Source: a virus (taxonomy: Duplodnaviria > Caudoviricetes). Taken from it: a stretch of 34,843 nt of DNA. The position numbers and the translations under genes were made by a program. The stretch spans positions 1 through 34,843 of the IMG/VR virus record IMGVR_UViG_3300032301_000529; one strand, written 5' to 3'. Below, one piece after another: positions 26,168-34,580 of this stretch (position 1 is the first letter of the stretch; the number at the start of each line of letters is the position of its first letter). The notes beneath the pieces are model-generated. The model had not been told where the DNA came from. It saw nothing but the letters and a program-made list of their open reading frames with translations, and searched no databases.

Positions 26168-26655
26168 AGCGCTGCCTGCACTTGTCGCATTACTTGCCCC
26201 ACCTCGTTCTCAACCTCTTTCTGGATCTCGGCGGCTGGCCGGTGAGCGCAGATCGGGGCTAGGCGTTTGGGCATCCCAAGCAGTAGCGGGATTAGGGCCT
26301 TAGTCCGGCGTGCTAGTATCTTGTCTGCCTCGTCGATCGGCACCATTTTGCCCTCGGCCTCGTTAATGTCGGGTCGGTCGCCCTTCATTTTTCTCAGTGC
26401 CTCCACGACTCGGGTGTAATCGCCTATCAGTGACGACCGCTCCGGCCCGCTCGCCTCCTTGGCTGCTTCGCCCAAGGTAGCGGCCAGTGATTCAAGTCGA
26501 TCGATCTCGCCGTCTAATCCTATCCCGGCGATCGGCTTCATCGGCTTTGCGGCCGCAACCGCCTGCCCTTTCTCAAGCTGGCGCCGGGCTTGGCGCAAGC
26601 CGACGCCAGTGGCAGCGGCTTGGGCTAGGATTGCGGTGTTTGGTCGGCGCCCCAT
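26164..26655 (-). CDS. terS: Terminase small subunit (Nu1-like)
   Basis: Coupled to terL; EGKMVPIDE...LLGMPKRLAP. Confidence 0.75.
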   Translation of the reverse strand: MGRRPNTAILAQAAATGVGLRQARRQLEKGQAVAAAKPMKPIAGIGLDGEIDRLESLAATLGEAAKEASGPERSSLIGDYTRVVEALRKMKGDRPDINEAEGKMVPIDEADKILARRTKALIPLLLGMPKRLAPICAHRPAAEIQKEVENEVGQVMRQVQAAL

Positions 26656-26755
26656 AACGTCATTCAATGTTTTTGCACAAAACTCGAATAATTACCGGAT
26701 GTCTTTGCCATCGCGGCTTTAAAACGGTTTATGATAGCTTCCTTATAAGAAAGTT

Positions 26756-27244
26756 TCATGGCTGGATTGGCCCCGCCAGCAGGTCAGACATGCCAGAATC
26801 TAGGCATACTGACTGCTTATCCTTGTATACATCATAAGGAAGCCACCAAATCTTCTCTGGAATTTTATTTTGATAAATACCTAAGCATACAAAGTAGTCA
26901 GCTTCAGATGATTGTATCTTGCATTTGTCCATATTGCTTCTTACTCGCCATGCGTTAGTGCTCCAAAGAGTAAACACATGACCACAATCGCTTATGTTGG
27001 CTGTTTTGATGTGTATTCTTAAGAATCTGTCATTAAACCAAATTATCCTATCGATTCTAGAGTTTTGCGCTATCGGCATGAACACGCTGATATCTCTGGA
27101 TAGACACCACAGATCAAAGTAAGTCTCACCTATTGAGCCGACCAATGAATTTCTGCCTGTAGTTAGACAATCAATGCCAGACGTTGTCGTCGTCTCAGGC
27201 TCAGCAAATAACTGCTGTTGATAACTAATTGCCGTCTGAATCAT
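26756..27244 (-). CDS. PD-(D/E)XK endonuclease (homing-type), AT-rich
   Basis: GSIGE...VFMP...RIDRII...RIHIKTA...ADYFV. Confidence 0.7.
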   Translation of the reverse strand: MIQTAISYQQQLFAEPETTTTSGIDCLTTGRNSLVGSIGETYFDLWCLSRDISVFMPIAQNSRIDRIIWFNDRFLRIHIKTANISDCGHVFTLWSTNAWRVRSNMDKCKIQSSEADYFVCLGIYQNKIPEKIWWLPYDVYKDKQSVCLDSGMSDLLAGPIQP

Positions 27245-27699
27245 TGGGTCATTTCTTTGTAGGCATTAACAATGGGTTCAGCCTCGGCAAGAAACTGCGC
27301 CCGCAATTCTTTGTCCTGGCTAATAAACTTAAGCCCTCTCGACGCAAGCCATTGCCTTGCTTTCATAATAGGAAACAGGAAGTGCTTTGGCTCGCTTGGT
27401 TCGCTCATCGTGATTGGGTCGGGCAATATGCCGATGCGCAGATAAGTCTGACGCATAAGGCTTGGATCTGCATCGCCACTGCTCAGTCGCTTCTGAGTGG
27501 CTGCGACTTTCTCATATCGTTTGCCAACCTCCTCAGTAATCCCTGCCTCCTCACATATCGCCTGCACGTCCTTACCCTCAGTCCGTGCCACGGCAATGAT
27601 CTCGCCGGCGTCAGATGCCAGTGAGATCGTCCTGCCTACCAGCTCAATCGCCTTGTCTCTCGTTTCGTTTAGTTTGTTTATTACAGATAGTAGCTTCAT
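27241..27699 (-). CDS. Hypothetical helical protein
   Basis: ATGA-coupled to neighbours on both sides. Confidence 0.65.
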   Translation of the reverse strand: MKLLSVINKLNETRDKAIELVGRTISLASDAGEIIAVARTEGKDVQAICEEAGITEEVGKRYEKVAATQKRLSSGDADPSLMRQTYLRIGILPDPITMSEPSEPKHFLFPIMKARQWLASRGLKFISQDKELRAQFLAEAEPIVNAYKEMTQ

Positions 27700-28169
27700 T
27701 TCTTAATGCCTTTCTTTAGTGCGGCCATGTTGAATTTAGGTGCTTCACGCCGCCGCTTTGCGTGAACACGGTATGCCCTTTTGCGGTAGGATTCGCGGGC
27801 CTTCTCGCTCTTCTGCGATCGCGCTCGGATACCTAACCGATCATAGACTTCTGTGACTTTCTTGCTGATCGCCTGCTTAGTGATGCCGTACCGCTTGGCC
27901 ACGGCCGTCATAGATTCAGGCGATCGGTTAAGAGATATGTTCAAGACCGCATGCCCCAGCGTGTCCGTGCGGTTAGCCATAGCCGGGTGATCGGCAGACT
28001 TGTCCATCAAGTGCTCTATCACTTTTGTGATAGTCGCAACCGTTGAGGTGGTAACCGTAATCTTTAGGTCATCGCATGACTCAAAGACCAAGTCTTGCAG
28101 GCTATCGATCATGCTTGCTGGATGCGGAATAACCGCTGGGATTCGCTCGATTGCTTCCTGATCTATCAT
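27696..28169 (-). CDS. HTH protein (sigma region 4-like), candidate late regulator
   Basis: SMTAVAKRYGITKQAISKKV HTH plus a basic tail; lies between replication and packaging modules. Confidence 0.65.
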   Translation of the reverse strand: MIDQEAIERIPAVIPHPASMIDSLQDLVFESCDDLKITVTTSTVATITKVIEHLMDKSADHPAMANRTDTLGHAVLNISLNRSPESMTAVAKRYGITKQAISKKVTEVYDRLGIRARSQKSEKARESYRKRAYRVHAKRRREAPKFNMAALKKGIKK

Positions 28170-28185
28170 ATTAGATTAACCTCGC

Positions 28186-28315
28186 TAGTGCAGTCGTTAG
28201 TGCAGTAATGGAAATAGTGTAATGCATTAGTGCAATAATAGGCCCTAAAGGGCCTTTATTACTGCACCTACATGCTCCGCAATACTGCACTAGTGCAATA
28301 AGGGTTACTGCACTA
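28186..28315. repeat. Iteron-like TAGTGCA array around a central palindrome (putative replication origin)
   Basis: TAGTGCA at 28186, 28198, 28228 and 28291; TGCACTA at 28286 and 28309; GGCCCT-AA-AGGGCC at 28241-28254; directly after the primase-helicase gene. Confidence 0.7.
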
Positions 28316-28318
28316 ACG

Positions 28319-30280
28319 TTAAAAGGGCTCATTTGTCACCTTTTTGCTGAATAAACCAGCCTCAGTTTCTTCAATCAAGCCGTCCTCTTTGGCCTGCTTC
28401 ACACGGGCCTTCGCTTGCCGTTCCTGCAACCCGGTGGCCTGTTGTACGAATGCAACCACTTGGCTGTATTTAGCCCCTTCGGGTAACTTGCCCCAATCGA
28501 TCGACATAGCCTTTCTGCCCACTGATTTTTCAGGCGCCCCTACTTCAATCCACGCCATCCCTCTGTCGGCATGCTTTAAGTGAACTAACGGCTGCGTCTT
28601 GGTTGCGATAAAATCGCTCGCAGTGACGCTAGGACGCAAGCCAGACCGCTTTCCGCGCTTGGTTACTTCCAGCTTGTAGGTGTACGTGCCTTGCTCATCC
28701 TGACCGCAAGGAGACAGCATTAAAACGGCTCTTGCCCAATTCGTCAGCTCGCTAGATCCAAATCCGCTGTATGCCTTGTCGTGCCCTTGGTAACCGCTGC
28801 CGTCCCGTGTTGGCTTTGGGGTATGGTGCATAAGCATCCAAGCAAATCCGCCAGATAGGGCGAGCGGGTTAAGCAAATTACGCAAAAAGCCACCGGCTGT
28901 CTCTTGACTAGATAAGTCGCCACCGATAAATGCGAGCAACGGATCTACCCAGGCTAAGTCGGGTTTATGTTTTTCAGCTAGGCGACGCATCCTATCGACG
29001 AATCGCTCACCCGTGGACGTGCAATCGCGAACGATCACGATGTTTTGCTTAACACGCTCCAACTCCTCTGCGGTCAAATCAAGCGCCTTTAAAATGCCCT
29101 GCAGCGCCTCTGCCACGTCGCCCTCGTCGTTCTCTGCTTGGACGATAAGCGACTTTAGCGGCTTGCCGTGTGGGCTAATGCCAAACAGATCACGCCCGGC
29201 CGCCCAAGTGATTGCGGCCTGTAAGCACAGCACGCTCTTACCAAGGCCACTGCTACCCACCCACAACGCCGATCCGCCACGGCAAATCCACCGTTTGCCT
29301 AGCAGTTGCGTGATGTCGGCATCTTCCTTGAAATTAACCAACTGCTCCCAGCTATACGGCTCTGGAATATCACCGTAAATCGTGCGCTCCATCCACTCCA
29401 TGTAGGTCAGTGTAGGTGCGCCACACTCGACCAACTCCTGCTGCAACCCTGTGGCCGTCCTCATCGCACCTGGCAACCGCGACAACCGCCCTGCGTCCTT
29501 GTTGGCTGGATCAGGCTTCGAGTGTTCTAAATGCTTATAGATAAAATCTACACGCTCAGCGAACTCCCTGGCGTTGGCTGCCCTAATCTCCACCCAAGCG
29601 TGCAGGCTTCGTGATCCGCTCTTTATGATGGACGATGTAGGCAACCCACTGCGCTTAATGATGGCCCACTGTTCGGCCATCGTGCTTTCATCGAACTCGA
29701 TCAGGCAGTGGCGGTACTTTACGATCGACTCCGCTTTACGATTCTTTCCGTTGTTAGCGTTGATCGAAACATAAACGCCCACTGCATCCCCTTGCCACTC
29801 CTTTAACCCGTCGGCCTTAAACAGCTCTAGCCATTCCTCACGGCTTCGCGTCTCGCCAGCACCATCCGGCCGCTCTCGGCCGTCCTTATCCTTAATCGAT
29901 CTACAGATATTAATATAATCGCCTACGTCGAAACAGGTGGTCAGGAACTTATCGACCGGCCCACTCTCCACGCTGATGGGCATCGGTGGCACTGGCAGAT
30001 CCTCTCTAACGATCGCCCCGTTCTGATAACCATACTTGGCTTTAGGCTTCCACGCCTCCCTGGCTGGTTTGCTAAATGCGGATCTGACTGCGCTCACGGC
30101 CTCGTTCTGCGACAGCCCTACTTTAAACGCCCACTCCTCTGCGTTGGTCGTTGCGTCGAACTCCGTCAGCCCTTGGTCACGCCATTGGCACGCCAGCTTA
30201 AAGAGCTGCGTGTTGCGTTCGCCTTCAGCGGCCCCGTTGCGGTGGATGGCTTCGATTGCGGGTGGGAGTGGTGCGATCAT
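28319..30280 (-). CDS. Primase-helicase (PriCT-like, RepB-type primase, AAA_25/RepA helicase)
   Basis: EGERNTQLF; IEFDE...SGSRSLHAW...RLSRLPG; GSSGLGKS, AEND, WVDPL, MHHTPK. Confidence 0.85.
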   Translation of the reverse strand: MIAPLPPAIEAIHRNGAAEGERNTQLFKLACQWRDQGLTEFDATTNAEEWAFKVGLSQNEAVSAVRSAFSKPAREAWKPKAKYGYQNGAIVREDLPVPPMPISVESGPVDKFLTTCFDVGDYINICRSIKDKDGRERPDGAGETRSREEWLELFKADGLKEWQGDAVGVYVSINANNGKNRKAESIVKYRHCLIEFDESTMAEQWAIIKRSGLPTSSIIKSGSRSLHAWVEIRAANAREFAERVDFIYKHLEHSKPDPANKDAGRLSRLPGAMRTATGLQQELVECGAPTLTYMEWMERTIYGDIPEPYSWEQLVNFKEDADITQLLGKRWICRGGSALWVGSSGLGKSVLCLQAAITWAAGRDLFGISPHGKPLKSLIVQAENDEGDVAEALQGILKALDLTAEELERVKQNIVIVRDCTSTGERFVDRMRRLAEKHKPDLAWVDPLLAFIGGDLSSQETAGGFLRNLLNPLALSGGFAWMLMHHTPKPTRDGSGYQGHDKAYSGFGSSELTNWARAVLMLSPCGQDEQGTYTYKLEVTKRGKRSGLRPSVTASDFIATKTQPLVHLKHADRGMAWIEVGAPEKSVGRKAMSIDWGKLPEGAKYSQVVAFVQQATGLQERQAKARVKQAKEDGLIEETEAGLFSKKVTNEPF

Positions 30281-30468
30281 TTTTTGGCAAAGCCTTTCAA
30301 CGCCTTAACAATTACGTACTCAATCACTGCCTCTTGATCTTTCTTTAATTGCTTCAGCCCAAATGCGTGCAACGCCTTTGCCGTCTTAGCGTCATAGGTT
30401 ACGTCGACTAAAACTTGCTTGGGCGCAGGCCGTGCTTTGCCAAAAGTAATTTTGCCTAAATCCTTCAT
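30277..30468 (-). CDS. Hypothetical protein (MKDLGKIT...)
   Basis: GAGGAGG upstream; ATGA-coupled. Confidence 0.6.
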   Translation of the reverse strand: MKDLGKITFGKARPAPKQVLVDVTYDAKTAKALHAFGLKQLKKDQEAVIEYVIVKALKGFAKK

Positions 30469-30644
30469 TTGCTTTTCCTCCTCTTTTTGCGTGGCTTCAC
30501 TTTCTTCCAAATTTCAAAGTTCTTGTCGCAATCGACAGACAACAGCATCAGCCGCTGATACAGCCACCCGCCCCAGCTCCACCGGGCAATCGTGTGGCTG
30601 ACCATGTCTCCTAAGTAATAAAACAAAATTGAAAGCAATTTCAT
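30465..30644 (-). CDS. Hypothetical 59-aa protein (not in the ORF track)
   Basis: MKLLSILFYYLGDMVSH...KKRRKSK; ATGA overlaps at both ends. Confidence 0.6.
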   Translation of the reverse strand: MKLLSILFYYLGDMVSHTIARWSWGGWLYQRLMLLSVDCDKNFEIWKKVKPRKKRRKSK

Positions 30645-30817
30645 TTCTTGGCCTCCATCGCCTTGGCCTTATAGCCCTCGGCCTGCTTCAGCATTTCCGT
30701 GGCCATAAGAACGGCCAGATCCAGCCGGGTGCTCACTGCATCGTACTGCTTCTTCAGCAAATTCTTCTTCGCTCGTTCGAGCACGGCCAGATGCCAGGTT
30801 AAACGCTTAACGCTCAT
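30641..30817 (-). CDS. Hypothetical protein (MSVKRLTW...)
   Basis: ATGA-coupled. Confidence 0.6.
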   Translation of the reverse strand: MSVKRLTWHLAVLERAKKNLLKKQYDAVSTRLDLAVLMATEMLKQAEGYKAKAMEAKK

Positions 30818-31116
30818 AAATTTTCGTACTTCTCCATTAAAGGAATGTCTAAAGCGCAATGATTTCTAAATTCAGGAATTTGCATCATGGTTTTATGCAA
30901 ACTCTGTGCATCGACCTTGTCCCTGATAACTGCGTGATGAAAAGCAACCATCCAGAAAAGACCTGCACCCATTGCCTTAATCTTTTCGGTTTCACTTGAA
31001 CATACAGTCATGGCAAATCCATGTTCATCCTCGAAAACATCCAAAGATCCGTCGCCAGGTTTAAATACGCAGGAATGATTTGTGCCATACACATAAGCTA
31101 AAGACATATTCACCAC
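30814..31116 (-). CDS. Hypothetical protein, AT-rich
   Basis: In-operon ORF that appears lower in GC than its neighbours. Confidence 0.55.
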   Translation of the reverse strand: MVNMSLAYVYGTNHSCVFKPGDGSLDVFEDEHGFAMTVCSSETEKIKAMGAGLFWMVAFHHAVIRDKVDAQSLHKTMMQIPEFRNHCALDIPLMEKYENL

Positions 31117-31250
31117 TGCCCCATCCCCCAGCGGTGGCGATTGGCACGGGCCTTTCGCACACAGTCGGCGTACTGCTCCGGCGTGTAGGTGCAGATAATG
31201 CGGGCAGAGAACATGGATAGGATCATTTCAAGCAGCTCCTTGTCGCTCAT
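31110..31250 (-). CDS. Small hypothetical protein (MSDKELLEM...)
   Basis: Fills the gap after the methyltransferase gene. Confidence 0.5.
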   Translation of the reverse strand: MSDKELLEMILSMFSARIICTYTPEQYADCVRKARANRHRWGMGQW

Positions 31251-32565
31251 TTTCAATCCACTCAATCCTTTCCCCAATCCAAGCCATGCACGGGACGGCC
31301 ATAGAGTTACCAAGAGCCTTGTAGCGTGGCCCGTCTGGGCATTGATCCGCTGGTTTGTTACGCCAAGGAATCATCGTGTGGTCATCGTTAAAGCCCTGGA
31401 GTCGTTCACATTCGCGAGGCGTGAGTCTGCGTACTGCCATCCGATCCGCTGGGTTGATGACTCGACCAGTATGGCAAACATCTGAACCAGCCGAACGAAT
31501 CGGTGCGGCTTTTTCTTGTAGGGCTTGGTTGTAGGCATCGACCGCGACTGCCGTTTGATTCACAGAGCAAATCGCTGGAGAAAGGTTCTTTGTTTTAGCG
31601 TATTGAGTACCACTCATCGTCGCAGGAAAGGCAATCGCGTGCTTGTCTCCTTTAGTTAAGGTTGGGCAAGGATCACCTGGCTTACCCACTCCAAGTCCAT
31701 TGCCCTTTCCGTCTTGCTTGTCTCCGTGCTTGCCAGAATGTCGTGTCGCTTGGTCGTGGATCGGGATGGTCTGCGAAATGTAGTGTCCAGATTGAGCGTT
31801 TTGCGCTCTTTGTGCGGGTATTCTGCAATCAATAGCCCCGCAAATTTCAGGAACAAACAAAGAGGCTCCGCCCAAAGCGTGCTGATCCTCTAATCCTTGC
31901 TTAGATCCAAAAGCTGCATTTAGCGTGCTTGCTATATCTGCTGGCCATTTACCGCTTCCAACGCCTGCTTCAATAGCGGTGGCAACTCCTTGCCTCGTTT
32001 CTCGGCTCGGCGCAGGATTCCGGCGCACGCTTTCGGACTCAAATAAAACCTTTGCGGCAACGTTCCCTTTTCCAAGATGTGCGACAACGAACACACGCCT
32101 GCGTCTTTGGGCCACTCCGAACCATTGAGCGTCCAAGACTCGGTATGCCCACTCATACCCCAGCTCCCCCAACGCTCCGAGGAAGGAACCAAAATCTTTT
32201 CCTCCGTTAGATGACAGGACACCGGGGACATTTTCCCATACAAGCCATCGAGGTTTGAGACGTTCAGCGATTGCAAGATAGGTAAGCATAAGGTTGCCTC
32301 TTGGGTCTTTGAGTCCTTGTCTAAGTCCTGCGACGCTGAATGATTGGCAGGGTGTGCCTCCAACCAAAAGGTCGATTGTTCCGCTTTGTATTGGCCATTG
32401 CTCATATTTTGTCATATCTCCTAAGTTTTGAACCTTTGGCCAATGGTGCTTCAGCACCGCGGCTGGGAATGGTTCGATTTCTGAAAACGCTACTGGCTCC
32501 CATCCGATCGGTTCCCACGCTTTAGACGCGGCTTCAATCCCACTGCATACGGACAAGTATCTCAC
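31228..32565 (-). CDS. DNA (cytosine-5) methyltransferase
   Basis: SVCSGIEA, GGTPCQSFS, ENVPG, QRRRRVF, RRLTPRECERLQGF, GNS. Confidence 0.93.
   Translation of the reverse strand: MRYLSVCSGIEAASKAWEPIGWEPVAFSEIEPFPAAVLKHHWPKVQNLGDMTKYEQWPIQSGTIDLLVGGTPCQSFSVAGLRQGLKDPRGNLMLTYLAIAERLKPRWLVWENVPGVLSSNGGKDFGSFLGALGELGYEWAYRVLDAQWFGVAQRRRRVFVVAHLGKGNVAAKVLFESESVRRNPAPSRETRQGVATAIEAGVGSGKWPADIASTLNAAFGSKQGLEDQHALGGASLFVPEICGAIDCRIPAQRAQNAQSGHYISQTIPIHDQATRHSGKHGDKQDGKGNGLGVGKPGDPCPTLTKGDKHAIAFPATMSGTQYAKTKNLSPAICSVNQTAVAVDAYNQALQEKAAPIRSAGSDVCHTGRVINPADRMAVRRLTPRECERLQGFNDDHTMIPWRNKPADQCPDGPRYKALGNSMAVPCMAWIGERIEWIENERQGAA
31932..32405 (-). CDS. Nested out-of-frame ORF in the methyltransferase gene (beta-polypeptide-like)
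   Basis: 157-codon alternative frame ending SLSHILE...PQRFYLSPKACAGILRRAEKRGKELPPLLKQAL. Confidence 0.6.
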   Translation of the reverse strand: MSNGQYKAEQSTFWLEAHPANHSASQDLDKDSKTQEATLCLPILQSLNVSNLDGLYGKMSPVSCHLTEEKILVPSSERWGSWGMSGHTESWTLNGSEWPKDAGVCSLSHILEKGTLPQRFYLSPKACAGILRRAEKRGKELPPLLKQALEAVNGQQI

Positions 32566-32990
32566 TTCATCACCTCCACCATTGCCACTTTCGGCAACCG
32601 CATGGCGTTAAACTGCTTTTCACTAGCAGCAAACACGTCCACGACAGGCAGCTTGCCACCGCTTGCCTTCTTGCTCTTAACGGCTGTGCCTGTATCCACG
32701 GCCACCCACTCCCGCTTCCCGCCCATCACGCGGATCTTTGACCACAGCGGAATGATGTCTGGATCGACGGCGCAGTGACGGCCAGCACGCAACCGGGTGC
32801 CAGTACTCGATTGATAGCGGCTGCTCCACTCGTCTTCTCCGGGCCAGTAGCCAGTGATGCGAACTTTGATTTTCTTAACGTCAATTTTCTTTGACTCTGG
32901 CCGCATATCAATCATCACATTTGATGCCTGCGTTGCGGGGAACCCAAAGAACGCCAGAAACGTCAGCACTACGTTGCAAAGCGCTCTCAT
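32562..32990 (-). CDS. 3D-domain (MltA-like) cell-wall enzyme with a signal peptide
   Basis: RITGY...AVDPDIIPLWS...AVDTGTAVK...VDVF three-Asp pattern. Confidence 0.8.
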   Translation of the reverse strand: MRALCNVVLTFLAFFGFPATQASNVMIDMRPESKKIDVKKIKVRITGYWPGEDEWSSRYQSSTGTRLRAGRHCAVDPDIIPLWSKIRVMGGKREWVAVDTGTAVKSKKASGGKLPVVDVFAASEKQFNAMRLPKVAMVEVMK

Positions 32991-33139
32991 AGGCCCGCCC
33001 TAATCCGATCGATCAGGTCGTTCTCGCGTCCTTCCGCAGCCACCAGCGCAGCCTTCGCCTCCGCCAGCTCGCGGGCCAACGAGCGCACGCGGTTCAATAA
33101 CTGCTCGTGGGTGGATTGTTCGGGTAATACTTCAATCAC
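32987..33139 (-). CDS. Small coiled-coil protein (50 aa; not in the ORF track)
   Basis: GTG start; IEVLPEQSTHEQLLNRVRSLARELAEAKAAL...; ATGA-coupled downstream. Confidence 0.55.
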   Translation of the reverse strand: MIEVLPEQSTHEQLLNRVRSLARELAEAKAALVAAEGRENDLIDRIRAGL

Positions 33140-33908
33140 AGCGCACCTCTCGTGGATCGTACTTTTTCAACCAGCGCCACACTTTGCAGATGGACGTGAA
33201 CGCCTCGAACGCAAGGCAGACCTGCTCTGCCGTGTATTTGACCTCTGCCAACTGCCCCGTCACTGGATCGATCAACACATTCCGACAGGCCATGTGCTCG
33301 TCCGTGAAAGCGTACGCATAGGCGCTGAGCTGAAGCAGATCAGTCTCATAGCCTGCCGCCTTGCCGTTCTTAAATTTGCGTGTTTTAAAATCTACTACCT
33401 CGATCTCGCCGTTGATGTCGCAGATAAGATCCACCCGGCCTGCGTATCCTTCTGCTTCATTAACCATCACTGATTCACTGGCGTGGACTTTTGTGACGTC
33501 TTTGTGCCATTCCTTTAGCGACGCAAAATGAGGCTCGTATCCTTTCACCAGCTCACCCGGCTCCTCGCCGTTAATTATGATTTCAGCTAGGGAATGAATC
33601 TGCGTGCCTCTTATGGCAGCGGCCTCCACTTCCTTGCGGCTATCCAATACCACTCGCTTGGCAAAATCGCTATCTGCCTCGCCATCGTTCCGTGGTAGCG
33701 ACAAAGCGGAAAGAATCGCCTGCTCCTCCTTCCAATTCATCAGCCCCTGCTTGCTGGGGCCAGCCGCTCCGAGGATGGTAGTCACGGACGGATAAGCCCC
33801 TACCTTGCGGGCGGAACGCAGATCACCGTGGCACGACTCACCCGACGCCAGGTAGTAGTGCGACGACTCCGTCTTTGCTGTGGCAATAAGCGCAGCCATT
33901 ACTGCCAA
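33132..33908 (-). CDS. PD-(D/E)XK exonuclease (Cas4/RecB-like)
   Basis: PSVTTIL, RGTQIH, YAGRVDL, VDFKT, QLSAY. Confidence 0.85.
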   Translation of the reverse strand: MAVMAALIATAKTESSHYYLASGESCHGDLRSARKVGAYPSVTTILGAAGPSKQGLMNWKEEQAILSALSLPRNDGEADSDFAKRVVLDSRKEVEAAAIRGTQIHSLAEIIINGEEPGELVKGYEPHFASLKEWHKDVTKVHASESVMVNEAEGYAGRVDLICDINGEIEVVDFKTRKFKNGKAAGYETDLLQLSAYAYAFTDEHMACRNVLIDPVTGQLAEVKYTAEQVCLAFEAFTSICKVWRWLKKYDPREVRCD

Positions 33909-33994
33909 TCCTTAATCAGTCGCATGGTCATTAGAGCCAGCACGACTGCTGTAGTGGGGAATACGATTTGAACTATCAAAGTTAGGATTTCCAT
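33899..33994 (-). CDS. 31-aa single-TM peptide
   Basis: MEILTLIVQIVFPTTAVVLALMTMRLIKDWQ. Confidence 0.45.
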   Translation of the reverse strand: MEILTLIVQIVFPTTAVVLALMTMRLIKDWQ

Positions 33995-34009
33995 ATTGGT
34001 ATTCTTTCT

Positions 34010-34038
34010 GGCCAAGGTGGGATAGAACCACCTCGGCC
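34010..34038 (-). terminator. Stem-loop after the SSB-like gene
   Basis: GGCCGAGGTGG-TTCTATC-CCACCTTGGCC, with a G-U pair on the minus strand; no U tract. Confidence 0.5.
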
Positions 34039-34044
34039 AAGTGC

Positions 34045-34527
34045 TCAGAACGGCACGGGCGTCCCGTCGGCATCTAACTCGACGACGGCTGGTTTCGGTG
34101 CGCCAGGGCGATTGCATTTCCTGACGAAGTCTTTATCGACTTTTACTTTGTTCGCTCCGGCAGGCAGTACCGCCTGCACGTTTGCGTAGGTTGATCCATC
34201 ACGCTCCGCATGTGTCACGAGGATCTGGCACGGCTTACCGATAAGCGTTTCCAGATCCAGATTCTGCGGGGGTGCTTTCTTGGCATAGGATTTCAAATCC
34301 TTAAACAGAGCTGCCTTTTCATGCAGGCTCAGTCCATAACGCCGGCCGATGGTGAACGGCCGCCCGTCCTCCATCTTCTCAGCGATCTGCCAGACCAACC
34401 TGATCTGGTGCTTTTTTCCGTACTGCGTTTCCACCACGCCGAGATCCTCAACGTCGCAGAACACTGCGTCGTGATTCCCTTCGGGTGCAGGGGTGTATGT
34501 TCCCCCTCTGCTTGCTACTATTGGCAT
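34045..34527 (-). CDS. Phage ssDNA-binding-like protein
   Basis: PAPEGNHDAV..V.DLG...LIGKPCQI...YANV pattern; acidic tail ending VPF; upstream of the exonuclease. Confidence 0.7.
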   Translation of the reverse strand: MPIVASRGGTYTPAPEGNHDAVFCDVEDLGVVETQYGKKHQIRLVWQIAEKMEDGRPFTIGRRYGLSLHEKAALFKDLKSYAKKAPPQNLDLETLIGKPCQILVTHAERDGSTYANVQAVLPAGANKVKVDKDFVRKCNRPGAPKPAVVELDADGTPVPF

Positions 34528-34580
34528 ATTAGGATTTCCTTTCTTGGTTTCTTTGTTTTTGTTTCTTGGATTTGCGACGA

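Noticed and set aside
28186-28315. CRISPR mini-array
   Set aside because: Repeats are 7 bp, in both orientations and irregularly spaced
33132-33908. Cas4 as part of a CRISPR-Cas system
   Set aside because: No Fe-S cysteine set, cas genes or array; an ordinary phage recombination exonuclease
34528-34580. Low-complexity pyrimidine tract as an ncRNA or repeat element
   Set aside because: On the coding strand it is an A-rich leader with an AAAGGA SD before the SSB-like gene, consistent with a translation enhancer
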